Of a stretch of DNA of 64,000 nucleotides, positions 33,651 to 45,011 are shown piece after piece (the stretch's first letter is position 1; each line of letters begins with the position of its first letter). Where the stretch lies: assembly GCA_963823435.1 (NCBI GenBank), contig CAWGLN010000006.1, positions 69 through 64,068 of the forward strand, read 5' to 3'. Below the pieces are notes generated by a model, which had not been told where the DNA came from, searched no databases, and was given only the letters and a program-made list of their open reading frames with translations. Source of the DNA: an uncultured Gammaproteobacteria bacterium. Lineage in GTDB: Bacteria > Pseudomonadota > Gammaproteobacteria > Steroidobacterales > BM003. Both the position numbers and the translations under genes were made by a program.

Positions 33651-35814
33651 ATGCCCCACAAGATTCCTTTTGTTGAAGCGGCGCTGGCCAGGGCAAAGAC
33701 CCTTGAGAAGCAGGGAGAGCTGGCCCAGGCCGAAGCCCTGTACCTTGCCATTCTTGATAGATTTCCCTCGGACGGGCGTACAAGCCGGCACTTGAAGGCC
33801 GTGCGCGAGTTACTGGCAGGGCAGGATAAGGGCGCGCCCACCCGTCTTGGGCAGGCGCAGATAGACGGGTTAATCGCGTTATACAGGCAGGGCCGGCTGC
33901 AAGATGCCCTGGTTAATGCCACGGCCCTGTCTGAGAAATACCCGGACGTTGCCCTGTTGCGCAATATTCTTGGGGCAGTCAATTCAAAGATGGCTCGTTG
34001 GCCCGAAGCGGTTGCCTGCTACCAGGAAGCCCTGCGCCTGAAGCCGGGTTACGCCGAGGCGCATAACAATCTCGGCAACACTCTTTCCCAACTTGGCAGG
34101 TACCAGGAGGCGATTGCCAGCTTTCAAGAAGCATCACAGATCAAGCCGGACTATGCCGAGGCGCACAACGGCATGGGCAACGCCCTGCACAAGTTGGGGC
34201 GATACGACGAGGCGATTAGCGGTTTCCGGCGGGCGCTGGAGATTAACCCGGACTATGCCGAGGCGCATAACAACCTTGGCAACGTGCTGAATGACCTGGG
34301 TAAACCGGTAGAGGCCCTGGCAAGCTTCACCAGGGCGCTTCAAGTCAACCCCGGGTCTTGTGACCGCCCGCAATAATATGGGCAATACCCTCGAGGGCGC
34401 TGGGCAGGATCGATGAAGCGCTCGCCAGTTTTGCAGAGGCAATCCGACTTAATCCCGATTACGCCGGGGCGCACAGCAGCCTGGGCAACTGTCTGAATGA
34501 ACTGGGACGGCACGATCAGGCTATCCAGTACTTCCGCCAGGCAATTAAATTGCGCCCCGGGTATGCCGAGGCCCACGCCAGCCTGGGTAATGCCCTGGGC
34601 GACATAGGCAGACACGAGGAGGCCGTGTCCAGTTATCGGAGCGCGCTACACATCCAACCGGGCTTTGCGCAATGGCATAACAATCTCGGCAATGCCCTGT
34701 ATGACCTGGGCAAGTATGCAGAGGCAGCGGCAAGCTATGCCGAAGCCTTGCGGCTGAAGCCTGATTTTGCCGAGGCCCATTACAATCTAAGCCTGGTCAG
34801 GACCTATGACCGTGGTGATGCGCAGCTGACCCAAATGATGACCAGACTGGCGAGTCCGGGCTTGCCCGAGACGGAAGCCATGCACCTTCGCTTCGCACTG
34901 GGCAAGGCCTGCGAGGACCTGGGTGACATGGAGGCGGCCTTCGCCCATCTGCTGGAAGGGAACCGGCTCAAGAAAAAGGCACTGGGCTACGACATCGGCG
35001 TCGACATCGAGCAATTCAAACACATCAAGTCCCTTTTCAACGCAGCCGCGCTACCGGTGTTGCCGGATACCGGCTCGTGCCCTGGCACGGCAAAGCGGCC
35101 CATTTTTATCGTTGGTATGCCCAGGAGTGGCACCACCCTGGTTGAGCAAATCCTGGCCAGTCACTCCCGGGTTCACGGCGGTGGTGAGCGCGAGACCCTG
35201 GGGAGAATTCTGAATCCGGTGCTGCGTGAGATGGCGGCTAGCGACAACCCCCGCATGGACCCGGGGCAACTCGACAATCTGCGCGACACTTATCTTGGCG
35301 AGCTGCAGAGCCTGCCCGCCGGCGCACCCTATGTCACTGACAAGATGCCGGCTAACTTCAAATGGATAGGCTTTCTGCTAGCCGCGATCCCCGGGGTGAA
35401 GGTCGTTCATCTCCAGCGTGACCCGGCGGCCACCTGCTGGTCCATATTCAAGCACCAGTTTGGCGGCGCAGGAAACGCCTATGCCTACGACCTGGTGGAT
35501 GTAGCGGAATATTTCCGGCTTTACACTGACCTGATGGATTTCTGGCGGAAAGAGTTTCCAGGGCCGGGTGCTTGATCTGAATTACGAGGCTCTTACGGAA
35601 AACCAGGAGCAAGAGACACGTCGACTGCTTGAGTATTGTGGCCTGGAGTGGGAGCCGGGGTGCCTGGAATTCCACACCAACCGCAGGGCGGTGCAGACCC
35701 TCAGCGGACAGCAGGTCCGACAGGCCATGTACACCGGCAGTTCGAAGCCTGGCGCAGATCCAGCTGCAGCTGCAGCCCATGCTGCAGGTGCTGGGACGAA
35801 CGTCCAGCCCCTAA
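33651..35814 (+). CDS. TPR-repeat sulfotransferase (TPST-like), frameshifted
   Basis: Many AEAHNNLGN TPRs; PIFIVGMPRSGTTLVEQILASH, DKMP, RDP. Confidence 0.88.
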
Positions 35815-35924
35815 TTACTGGGAACCGGGCACTCCCTTGGGATAAAATACGCCGTTTGCACAATCGACTGTAAATCTGTTTCCGAAAATACAGCGATTAA
35901 AGCGGCTTTATCGGCGGATGCCCA

Positions 35925-37288
35925 ATGAATGAATTGTCAAAAGAACTTGAACGTCTTGAAGATGCAGAGGAATACTTTGCGGCAATAAAAGTCCTCGAGC
36001 AGCTTATCGAAGCTGATCCGGATATCCTGGATCTTCATTACAAGCTTGGCTTGCTGTGCATGAAAGTCGGGCGAGGTTGAAAGGGCGGAATCTGCGTTCC
36101 GATTCTGCATTGAGGAATATTACGAAGAACCCCTGGTGCATCTCAACCTGGGTCATGCCTTGAAGGCGATGGGCCGTACGGCGGAAGCGGTCGAGTGTTA
36201 CCAGCGCCTGATCGATGGTGAAAACGACTCCCAGGCGGCCATCGGCTACTGGAGCCTGGCGGACTTGAAAGACTACCGATTTGACCGGGACGCGACAGAC
36301 AAACTGGAGGCGCGTCTTAAAACCCTGCAGGCCAAGCCCGGATACCGGGGCTTGATGTTGTTTGCGCTTGCCAATGCGCTTGAGCATCACTCTCACTATT
36401 CAGAAGCCTACCAGGCGCTGGCCGAGGCAAATGATATCGTTGCCATGCACAGGCCATTTCGCGGTGACTATTTTGGCGAGCTCGTCACATCGCTGATCAA
36501 GGACGCCCGCATTCACCCGAAGACGCCACAGAAGTACGGCGCAACACCGATTTTTATCGTCGGTATGCCGCGGTCGGGCACCACGTTGCTGGAGCAGATC
36601 CTGGCCAGCCACTCGATGGTCGAGTCGACCGACGAGCTGCCTTTCCTTGAGCGTATAGCGCTGGAGTTGGACAAGAACGGTGGTTACGCAAAAGGCCTGG
36701 CCAACATTACGGCCGAGGAGCAGGAGACCTACGCCAGGGAATACCTGGCCAGGGTTGAACCCTACCGCAAGCGTAATGCCCCATTTTTCATCGACAAGAA
36801 TCCCAACAACTTTTTGCACATCGGGCTGATCAAGGCGCTGTTCCCGGATGCGAGAATCATCAACGTGGTCAGGGATCCCCTCGACAACGCCATGAGCGTG
36901 TACAAGCAGTACTTTTACAAGGGGCATGAGTACAGCTACTCCATGAAGGGGATTATTTATTACTGGCAGGGTTACCTGAGTCTGATGCTGCATTGGAACC
37001 GCCTGTACCCGGGACTGGTGTTCTGCCTGGGCTATGAGGCCCTGGTGAAAAAGCCCGAGGAAGTCATCACGGCGGTGCTTGAGTATTGTAGGCTTGCCGG
37101 TGGAAGAGCAGTGCTTCCGGTTCTATGAATCCGACCGGCCGGTGCTCACGCCCAGCGCCAGCCAGGTGCGCCAGCCGATCACCGACCGCGCGGTGGGCAG
37201 CGGACTGAAATACCAGCAGTTTGTCGGGCCGTTCATCGCCGAGTTCGCCCAGATCAGGCGCAAGATTCCGGAAGCCCTGTATATCTAG
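35925..37288 (+). CDS. TPR-containing sulfotransferase (TPST-like), frameshifted
   Basis: PIFIVGMPRSGTTLLEQILASH, DKNPNNF, RDPLDNAMS, TPSASQVRQP. Confidence 0.88.
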
Positions 37289-37317
37289 CCTAAATTGAAG
37301 CGTGACAAGGTCTCCGC

Positions 37318-37926
37318 ATGAGCGAAGTTGACCGGGAAAAATGGAACACACGTTACCGCGAGGGCGCCTATGCCGGTCGTGATCACCCCGGCGCCTTGCT
37401 GGCAACGTGGCTACCGAAGCTGAGTCTGTTGAGCGACCGGCCCAGGGCCGTGGACCTGGCCTGCGGGGCCGGGCGCAACAGCGTGTACCTGGCGCGGCAT
37501 GGCTGGCAGGTGGACGCGGTGGATATCTCGGAAGTCGCCCTTGCACAGGTCAGCGCAAAGGCGGTTGCCGAAGACCTGCCGATTCAGTGTCTGCGCCAGG
37601 ACCTGGAACTGGATCTGCCGCAGGCCGCAGAATTTCTCGCGCCCGACACCTATGACCTGGCCATCATGTTTCGTTACACCAATCCACCGTTGATCGGGCC
37701 GCTGACCCGGGCGCTCAAGCCCGGTGGATACCTGATTGTCGAATCACACATGGTGACGGACCAGGAGGTGGTGGGGCCCAGCGGCGATCGTCATCGCGTA
37801 GCTCCGGGCGAATTGCGCCAGGCCGCCGCCGGGCTGGAGATTGTCGACTATCACGAGCGTATCGTGGTGGACCCGGATGGATGCTCCGCCGCACTGGCCC
37901 AGCTGGTGGCCAGACGCGCTCCCTAG
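37318..37926 (+). CDS. Class I SAM-dependent methyltransferase (TehB-like)
   Basis: KWNTRY, DLACGAGRNS, VDIS, LKPGG. Confidence 0.85.
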   Translation: MSEVDREKWNTRYREGAYAGRDHPGALLATWLPKLSLLSDRPRAVDLACGAGRNSVYLARHGWQVDAVDISEVALAQVSAKAVAEDLPIQCLRQDLELDLPQAAEFLAPDTYDLAIMFRYTNPPLIGPLTRALKPGGYLIVESHMVTDQEVVGPSGDRHRVAPGELRQAAAGLEIVDYHERIVVDPDGCSAALAQLVARRAP

Positions 37927-39752
37927 TCGCAGGCAAAATCGTCCTTGCCCACCGCGCGGCACTGGGGCGGATAGCCGGTTTCACGCCAGTAGTCCTGAAT
38001 ACCCACAGTCTTTATGAACTGCTTGAAATACGTTGATTGGCGATATCTTGCTGCCGCCGGGTACCACATCAAAAAGCGTATGTCGTTGTTGTGATCCGCC
38101 GTCGCGAGGAGGTCGTATTGTCGAAATGCAAGCAAGGCAAATGGCACCGATTCCAGGGCAGTACCGGTGTCTTCTGACCAGCGCTCGAGTCGGCGCATCC
38201 CCTCACTATGATCGGCTTCGGGATTTTGTAGCGCCTTGATCACATCGCCAACCGGGGCGTAGCTCATCCAGGATCTTACGTCCGCAATCAACAGCGCCGT
38301 GGCGACCTGTCCGCGGGCCAGGTATTCCGAGATAAAGACTTCATCCATGGAATGAAAGCTGCTGCCCAGGGTCTTCTCATACAGTTCAACCGCCCTGTCA
38401 TTTTCGCCCAGTAGCAGGTAGGTCGCCGCCAGGTGCTGCTCACAGTTCAGGTAACCGGGATCTACGCGCAGGCACTGCAACAGGTCAGCTAAAGCCCTGG
38501 TCGGAAAGCCGACCTGATTATGCAACAAGCCTCGCCACAACCACGCGGTGGCGTTTTTGGGGTCCTTCGCTATCGCCGAATCGTAGTGCTGGAAACTCAC
38601 GGCGAGGGAATCCCCGGCGTAACCAAGATTGCCCAATACCGCGTAGGGCATGGACAGGTCCGGGTCGATTTCCAGGGCGCGTTGCGCTGCCACCCGTGCC
38701 TGTGGCTTGTGATCAACATCACTGGGTATCCAGTTGTCGATGACAGTCAGCGTCGAGGCCAGACCCGCCCAGGCCCGGGCGAAACCCGGATCCAGCTCGG
38801 TAGCCCGGGTGAACAGCTCAATGCTGGTGTTCAGGCTTTGTCTTGCCTGGAACAGGGCCTGGGCCTTTAAAAACAGGTCATAGGCGTCGAGGTTGTCAGT
38901 AGCGGCAACTACGGTGACAGCTTTTTCCGCCGGATTGATACCCAGCTTGTCCTTGAGCGAATCCACGATGGCGTTGGCAATCTCATCCTGAATCTTGAAG
39001 ATATCCACCAGGTCCCGGTCATAGGTTTGCGACCACAGGTGCCGGTCCGTGACGCCATCGATGAGCTGCGCCGTGATACGTATGCGATCCCCATCCTTGC
39101 GCACACTGCCCTCCAGTACCGTGGCCACGCCAAGTTCGCGGGCAATCTCGGGAATATTCTGGTCCTTGCCGCGATAGGTAAAAGCCGACGTGCGCGAGGC
39201 CACCCGCAGACCATCCACGCGCACCAGCACATTCAGCAATTCCTCCGCGATACCGTCGGTGAAATAGCGCTGGTCCTGGGCTGCACTCAAGTCATCGAAC
39301 GGCAGCACGGCGATGGAGGCCAGCGCGTCATCCGCTTTCGTCATTGCGGCAGCTACCGGGTTTTCTGGAATTGCCTGGTCCGAAGCAAGTGGCGCTGACT
39401 TGTTGTTCTCGGGGATGAGCCGGTCGGCCACCAGGCCGGCGATGGCGATGACCAGCAGCACGGTGATCAGGGTGTTGATCTTGCGGGCGCTCTCGCCGGT
39501 GATGGAGCGGGAGCGATCCACGTCCTTTTCCAGCTTCAAGCCCTCGGGGGTCATTTCGAACACCCACGCGAACAGCAGGGCAGGGACGAAGCCCAGCACC
39601 AGCAGCATCACGACCAGGGAGCCGGCCCAGCCCGGCACAGGCAGCAGTGAGGAAAGCACGTCGGTGAGCTGCAGCAATACCCAGGCGGAGACCAGGTAAA
39701 GTACCGCGACCCGGATAACATTGCGGCGCTTGAGTTCGGCGATGAAAGTCAT
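37923..39752 (-). CDS. ELKRR-anchor TolB-N-like/TPR protein, copy 6 (3 TM), close paralog of copy 2
   Basis: MTFIAELKRRNVIRV; shares DPKNATAWLWRG, YLNCEQHLA and GYPPQCRAVGKDDFACD-type motifs with copy 2. Confidence 0.9.
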   Translation of the reverse strand: MTFIAELKRRNVIRVAVLYLVSAWVLLQLTDVLSSLLPVPGWAGSLVVMLLVLGFVPALLFAWVFEMTPEGLKLEKDVDRSRSITGESARKINTLITVLLVIAIAGLVADRLIPENNKSAPLASDQAIPENPVAAAMTKADDALASIAVLPFDDLSAAQDQRYFTDGIAEELLNVLVRVDGLRVASRTSAFTYRGKDQNIPEIARELGVATVLEGSVRKDGDRIRITAQLIDGVTDRHLWSQTYDRDLVDIFKIQDEIANAIVDSLKDKLGINPAEKAVTVVAATDNLDAYDLFLKAQALFQARQSLNTSIELFTRATELDPGFARAWAGLASTLTVIDNWIPSDVDHKPQARVAAQRALEIDPDLSMPYAVLGNLGYAGDSLAVSFQHYDSAIAKDPKNATAWLWRGLLHNQVGFPTRALADLLQCLRVDPGYLNCEQHLAATYLLLGENDRAVELYEKTLGSSFHSMDEVFISEYLARGQVATALLIADVRSWMSYAPVGDVIKALQNPEADHSEGMRRLERWSEDTGTALESVPFALLAFRQYDLLATADHNNDIRFLMWYPAAARYRQSTYFKQFIKTVGIQDYWRETGYPPQCRAVGKDDFACD

Positions 39753-39901
39753 GACTCTCGTTTGATTTATTGCATGAGCAGCGGCAATCATGACCCAAGG
39801 GTCCAGGCTTGTCACTAAGCCAGCAGGTTCGTGGCGCGTAATTGTCCGATTTGTGATCCAGACCACACCGTCATCCGACCTGCCGGCCCTAGCATTGAGG
39901 T

Positions 39902-40495
39902 ATGCAATCGATAGGACTGTTATTGACCCAGCCCGGACGCAACAGAAACTGGCTTTGCCTTTTGCTGTTGCTGGCCCTGGGCGCCTGTTCCTGGGCGCCG
40001 CCGCAGCCGACACCGTCTGCGAAAACCGCGGTCACGTCCCCGGTAAAGGGAACCGTGAACACATCGACCAAGACCAACGCAGGCTTGGCCAACTGGGGCG
40101 ACGGAAGTCCCGAGTCGTCCTTGCGGGAGCAGATAGTCCAGAGTGCGATGGCCATGATGGGCACACCCTATCGTTACGGTGGCGCGAGCCCCAGGGGATT
40201 TGATTGCAGTGGCCTGGTGGTCTATAGCTACAATCAGGCGGGGGTGAGTGTCCCGCGCACCTCGCGTGAGCAATACCGCAAGGCACAGCCCGTGCCGGTG
40301 AGCGCTGCACGCCCGGGAGACCTGGTCTTCTTCGGCAGTAATCGTACCGTCAATCACGTGGGAATCTACCTCGGTGATGACGAGTTCATCCATGCCCCTG
40401 AAGCGGGCCAGAGCGTAAAAATCAGCAGCATCCAGGATGACTATTACAAAGCCCACTTTGCCGGCGTTGGGCGCCTCAGCGGGCCACCCCGGTAA
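39902..40495 (+). CDS. NlpC/P60 (C40) peptidase lipoprotein
   Basis: Lipobox LGAC; GTPYRYGG, FDCSG, HVGIY, FIHA. Confidence 0.92.
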   Translation: MQSIGLLLTQPGRNRNWLCLLLLLALGACSWAPPQPTPSAKTAVTSPVKGTVNTSTKTNAGLANWGDGSPESSLREQIVQSAMAMMGTPYRYGGASPRGFDCSGLVVYSYNQAGVSVPRTSREQYRKAQPVPVSAARPGDLVFFGSNRTVNHVGIYLGDDEFIHAPEAGQSVKISSIQDDYYKAHFAGVGRLSGPPR

Positions 40496-40598
40496 ATCGC
40501 AACAGCCCCCATTTCTGAATGCCCGGCAGTTCCAATCTGGCTGTGCTTGGGCTAACTTGCCTGTTGGTCATGGCCGATACCAGGGGCGGGTACATCAG

Positions 40599-41392
40599 AT
40601 GGCGGTAAATCCGGTAAACCATATTGCACAAAGCCTGCTGGATCGTCGCTGGGCAACCTTCGCGGTGGAACTGGTATTGGTGGTGACCGGTATCCTGATT
40701 GCGCTCGCCATAGATGGCTGGTCTGCAGACAGGGAAGATCGCAGGTCTGAAAGAGCCTATTTGGAATTGCTGGCCAGGGACCTGGGTCAGATCGAGTCCC
40801 AGTTGCAGCAGCAAATCGAATTTCGAAACCAGTATGGCCAATACCTCCGTGGCGGCCTACGACCTGATACAAAACCTTGATCCCGCCGGCACAGCGACCA
40901 GATTGGCAAGATGCTGGTTGCCGTGTCAGTGCGCCGAACCCTGTTTCTCGACAGCGCGGCGTACACCGACTTGATCAGTACCGGTAACCTGGGACTGATC
41001 ACAGGATCGGGATTTACGCGATCGCATCACTCGATATTTTTCTGACGTCGGAACGTCGCGAATTGATTGTGGAGAAAAATAATCGGGTGTTTGTTGACGA
41101 TATGTTTCTGGCCTTGATGGTTGATCATGGCGTGAGCTACCACCTCTGGAAAGACAGTCCGGTAGGGGCGGCAATGAATTTTGAATCCATCAGCAGCGCC
41201 TTCAGTCCGGCCATGCGTGAGCCGATGGACAAGGTGTTGTCTCTTCCGAAAGATGCGCCGGAGTGGACGCGGGTAAAACAACTGCTCTCCTGGCGGGCAA
41301 TGGTTGCCGTAGTCGCCAGGGACAACGCAGCCAGCATATTGGCTGCCACTGTCGAATTGCGAAAGGACCTGGAAGCACACCTGGCGCAGTAA
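40599..41392 (+). CDS. DUF6090-like membrane-anchored hypothetical protein, frameshifted
   Basis: ELVLVVTGILIALAIDGW, YLELLARDL, AYTDLISTGNLGLI. Confidence 0.6.
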
Positions 41393-41421
41393 CGGCGCGA
41401 TTCCTGGCTTTCTTGCAAAAA

Positions 41422-41437
41422 TGTGACGTGGTTCGCA
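41422..41437 (+). promoter_or_regulatory. CRP/FNR-family-like site
   Basis: aaaTGTGA-cgtggt-TCGCA, 9/10 match to TGTGA-N6-TCACA, about 95 bp before ATG 41530. Confidence 0.45.
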
Positions 41438-41529
41438 GGTAGGGATAATGCTTGCGCGGGAGCGATTTTTCGTGCTCCCGATGTAAAATGGGAGCGATTT
41501 CTGTGAAACCCTGTCAGGATGCAAGACAC

Positions 41530-42288
41530 ATGAAGAAAGTACTCATTGCATTGGGAATTTCCGCGGGACTTGTTGCTTGCGGCGGAGTGACCTATCCGGA
41601 CCGCCCGCCGACGGTGGATCCAATCATTGGTGGAATCTGGTTTGGCTATAATTTTACCGACCAGGTGGGGGACTCCCGGGAATTCATTGGCATCGCTACC
41701 GAAGATGGAACGTTCCGCTTCCTTGAGCTGGCGACCCGGGTCCAGTTTATCGGGACTGTCACCTTCAATGGTGAGATCGCGGAAGGCAGCGGGGTTGCGC
41801 TGGCCGCGCCGGGAGCAAGCTGGAGCGATACGAGTACGGCAAGCCCGCTGGATATCAGCGGTTTCGTGGTCGAGAGAGAATCCATGGAGGGAGACTGGAG
41901 TCTGGCCGCTGGCGAGACTGGCAACTACTGGCTGTTGTTCGACCCGGTGTATTTCAAGGATTCCTCGCTGGACCTGACGGCAGGCGTCTGGACCATGCTG
42001 GACGATACGGGTGCCGGGATCGGGACCCTGACTATCGAGGTCGATGGTGGTCTCAACGGGCAGGATATTGCGGGCTGTCTGTATAGCGGAAGCCTCGGCA
42101 TTATTGATACGCAGTACGACGTGTATGACGTCAGCGTCACCATTTCCAACTGTGGTGATGCCGACGGTGTTTATACAGGATTTGGAGCCCTCGGCGACGA
42201 CCTTGAAGTGAACGACAGCATGGTGCTGATTACCGATGACGGCAGTCGTTCATTCGCGGCAAACATGATGCGCGTACCGGCTGGATAA
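41530..42288 (+). CDS. Acidic beta-rich lipoprotein, hypothetical
   Basis: MKKVLIALGISAGLVAC lipobox; Cys pair GCLYSG...SNCG. Confidence 0.7.
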   Translation: MKKVLIALGISAGLVACGGVTYPDRPPTVDPIIGGIWFGYNFTDQVGDSREFIGIATEDGTFRFLELATRVQFIGTVTFNGEIAEGSGVALAAPGASWSDTSTASPLDISGFVVERESMEGDWSLAAGETGNYWLLFDPVYFKDSSLDLTAGVWTMLDDTGAGIGTLTIEVDGGLNGQDIAGCLYSGSLGIIDTQYDVYDVSVTISNCGDADGVYTGFGALGDDLEVNDSMVLITDDGSRSFAANMMRVPAG

Positions 42289-42337
42289 TCGGGTCGCAAT
42301 AATGGTTGTGATGCCCCGCATCGCAACCGGTACGCGC

Positions 42338-43274
42338 CTAGCGCCAGGCGTACAGATACGCCAGGGCGAAAATTTCAAAGTCGGAGCCGACCTCGGTAAG
42401 AATGCCGGTGCTGTAGTTGGCGCGTATCAGGTGTCTGTTGTTGAAAGGGTAGCTCAGGGTCAGCCCGGCTCGGGAGTTGCGTTGTATATCGTCCCTTTCC
42501 ACCCCTCCCGTCGTGGACTGCCCTCCCTGGTAGAAATTCACATCGAGTGCCGCCCAGATTCCGGCCTTCATTACCCTTATCAGGTGAAACTCCGATGAAT
42601 AAATTGGATCTTGCTCCCTCGTAGTGCCCATAAACTCGTCGTTGTCGCCATATATCCAGACGCCCAGTTCACCCTCGAGCAACCAGCCGGGAGCAAGCGG
42701 GACGATCACGCCCACGGCTGGCTTGGCAGACCAGCGGTTGGTGCCGGCGTTCAAGACCCTGTCGGTCTCATAGGCTCCGGTTGGAGCCTGAATCACCAGG
42801 CTGGCGCCGACAATGGTTTTTGGATCACCCAGCATTTCTACGGAATCCGGCTGGGTCCATGGCCGGGGCGCCACGCAGATTGATCGCAAAGCGGACGCGC
42901 GCATCGGCAAACGCGTCGATGTCCCGGGTCAGGAACTGCCCCTCTACGGTCCCCTCGGTCCGGCCCCAGGCATACGGAAGATTAAGCTGTACGGTGGCGG
43001 TGCGGTCAAACAGGCCAAAGAATCGCTGATAGGTCAGTGCGGCCCCGTTGAGCGTCGAATCCACGCCATAGATGGGCAGGGACGGATCGGTGAGAACGTC
43101 GCCGGTAGATAGCTGGTAGCCGATGCCGAATACATTGGTTCCGGTGGGCGCGGGCCAGTAGGCGCGCGGCGTCAGTTCCTGGGCAAAGCCGACACGGCAG
43201 AGCAGGCTTAGCGCGAGCAGCATCAGGGCACCGAGCAGGAAACGGTGCCGGTGCAGTCCGGGTGTTCTGGCCAT
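42338..43274 (-). CDS. Outer-membrane beta-barrel, MetA-pathway-of-phenol-degradation / transporter family (frameshift near 42840)
   Basis: QELTPRAYWPAPTGTN, APTGAYE..LNAGTNRW, REQDP, C-terminal YLYAW. Confidence 0.75.
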
Positions 43275-43569
43275 CTGGAATTATCTCGTTAGCAAAACAA
43301 TGACGAGTCAGTGCAAACAGCGACCGTATGATACGGTATCACGCGGGATGCTAGATAAGTCGGAAAAGGGTGACAGGCACCTGTTGCCTGGGGACCTTCA
43401 ATCAAGGGATTGAAAAAGGCGGCGGGAAATCAGGGGGACAGTAACCATAACCCCCGAGCAATCGAAGAGTGCAACGGTCGCCAGGACAGCGACTTCACTT
43501 GTGCTGGCAGAGTCCCGGGTTATACTTTTTGACAGGACATGCAACGAGGCTCGGCCACCGGCCACCAAT

Positions 43570-43792
43570 ATGACAAACTTCAAAGACAAGCTGATCGACA
43601 AATACCGTCACAAGATCCGGGAAAAGGCCATCGTGCAGGCGAAAAAACGCATCGCCCTTTCCGGGAAGAAGGTTGCAGATTTTTCCGCAGGACGAGCTTG
43701 AGTTCATCGTTGTCGATGAAGAAAAGAAGATCAAGGCAGGCATGAGAAATACCGGCATAGTCGCGTTGCTCATCGCGCTGGGATTGAGTTAA
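43570..43792 (+). CDS. Small hypothetical protein with C-terminal TM helix, frameshifted
   Basis: MTNFKDKLIDKYRHKIREKAIVQAKKRIALSG...ELEFIVVDEEKKIK...GIVALLIALGLS. Confidence 0.55.
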
Positions 43793-43796
43793 GCCA

Positions 43797-44192
43797 GTGC
43801 TGAACCAGATACTCAGGTTCACGCTCTTTACCTCTCTCTGGATGTGGCTCAGACCCCGCTGGCGTGGTCTGTTGGCCTCTACGTGTTTTTGTCGGCCTGG
43901 TTACGCTCGGTCATCGGGAGTACCTGGATTACGTGACCCTCTCCGGGGACAGCAGCTTTTTGATCTGGTCCTATGCGGTCAAGTGGTTGCTAATCGCCAG
44001 CGGCTTGTTGGCCTACTTCCTGCTGGTGGTCATGTGGCCCAGGCCCCGCCAGACGAGGGCGGGCAAGTCCACCGGGAGCAAGGGCCAGGCCGCCATGACT
44101 GCCGGCAGAGCCGGAAGATGATGGTTTCGATTTCCTGCGCAGCAAGAAACGTCTGCAGAAGCCGCGCCGAGAAGCTACTGGACAAGAAGTAG
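43797..44192 (+). CDS. Small 2-TM hypothetical protein, frameshifted
   Basis: HREYLDYV, YAVKWLLI TM helix, DDGFDFLRSKKRL. Confidence 0.55.
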   Translation: MLNQILRFTLFTSLWMWLRPRWRGLLASTCFCRPGYARSSGVPGLRDPLRGQQLFDLVLCGQVVANRQRLVGLLPAGGHVAQAPPDEGGQVHREQGPGRHDCRQSRKMMVSISCAARNVCRSRAEKLLDKK

Positions 44193-44199
44193 CGACGTC

Positions 44200-45011
44200 T
44201 TGGATACAAAACCGGATATCGATTTGGACATCACCATCAGGAATGTGCTCTATGCCTGGAGCCGGGAAGAGCTGGTCAACCTGGCGCGCGATACTGGAGC
44301 TGGAGTCAGGGCGCGCTTCGGTGGCGGACATCGAGGAGCGAATCAAGTGGCTGTATCACTCGAGGACCCGGGCCCAGGTTATGTCGACGCTGTCCGGAAC
44401 CGCGGCAAAAGTCCGCTCACTGATCGATAACAAGCAACGTCCCGGACGCAGTGTCGATGAGCAGTATCCGGTGCCTGCTTACCCGGAGCTTGTGTTCGGA
44501 CTGGCCGACAAACTCAAGGTAAGAGAAGAAGACGCGACGCTTGAGGATTGCGAGGAGGCCGATGTCTCACGAGGTGATCATCCAGGCCCTGCAAAAGATG
44601 ACACCGTCGCAGCGACGCACGTTCTTCAACCAACCTATCGACCTGGGCGAGGTGCTGGAAGCGGCGAACGCACGCAGCGGTGGCCTGGTCGGGCCGAAGA
44701 CAACCGTGGTGGCGCTGCAAAGCACCCGTCCTCGCGGGTTGTCACTGTACGTGGCCTCATCAACCGCCCTGGGTTTTATGACCCACGCCATGGGCATGAG
44801 TCTGCCGTTTGCGGCGATCAAGGGCCTGGGTGCCACGGTTGCCTTCGTCATCGGCCCGGTCGGCTGGTTGGCGGCTGGTGGCTGGGCGGTGTGGCTGGCC
44901 ACCGGCCCGGAGTGGAAGAAACTCCTGCCGGCGATCCTGTATATCACCGCGACCAACAGTTACGCAGGATTGACTGGCTCGAGCGACGCTCAAGCGAACA
45001 CCGATGAGTAG
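44200..45011 (+). CDS. YaaW/UPF0174-like protein, frameshifted
   Basis: YPELVFGLADKLKV..TLEDCE..IQALQKMT pattern and C-terminal hydrophobic VIGPVGWL...GPEWKKLLPAILYI resemble the YaaW family. Confidence 0.5.

Noticed and set aside
33960-34790. Approximately 102-bp DNA periodicity
   Set aside because: Explained by ordinary 34-aa TPR repeats.
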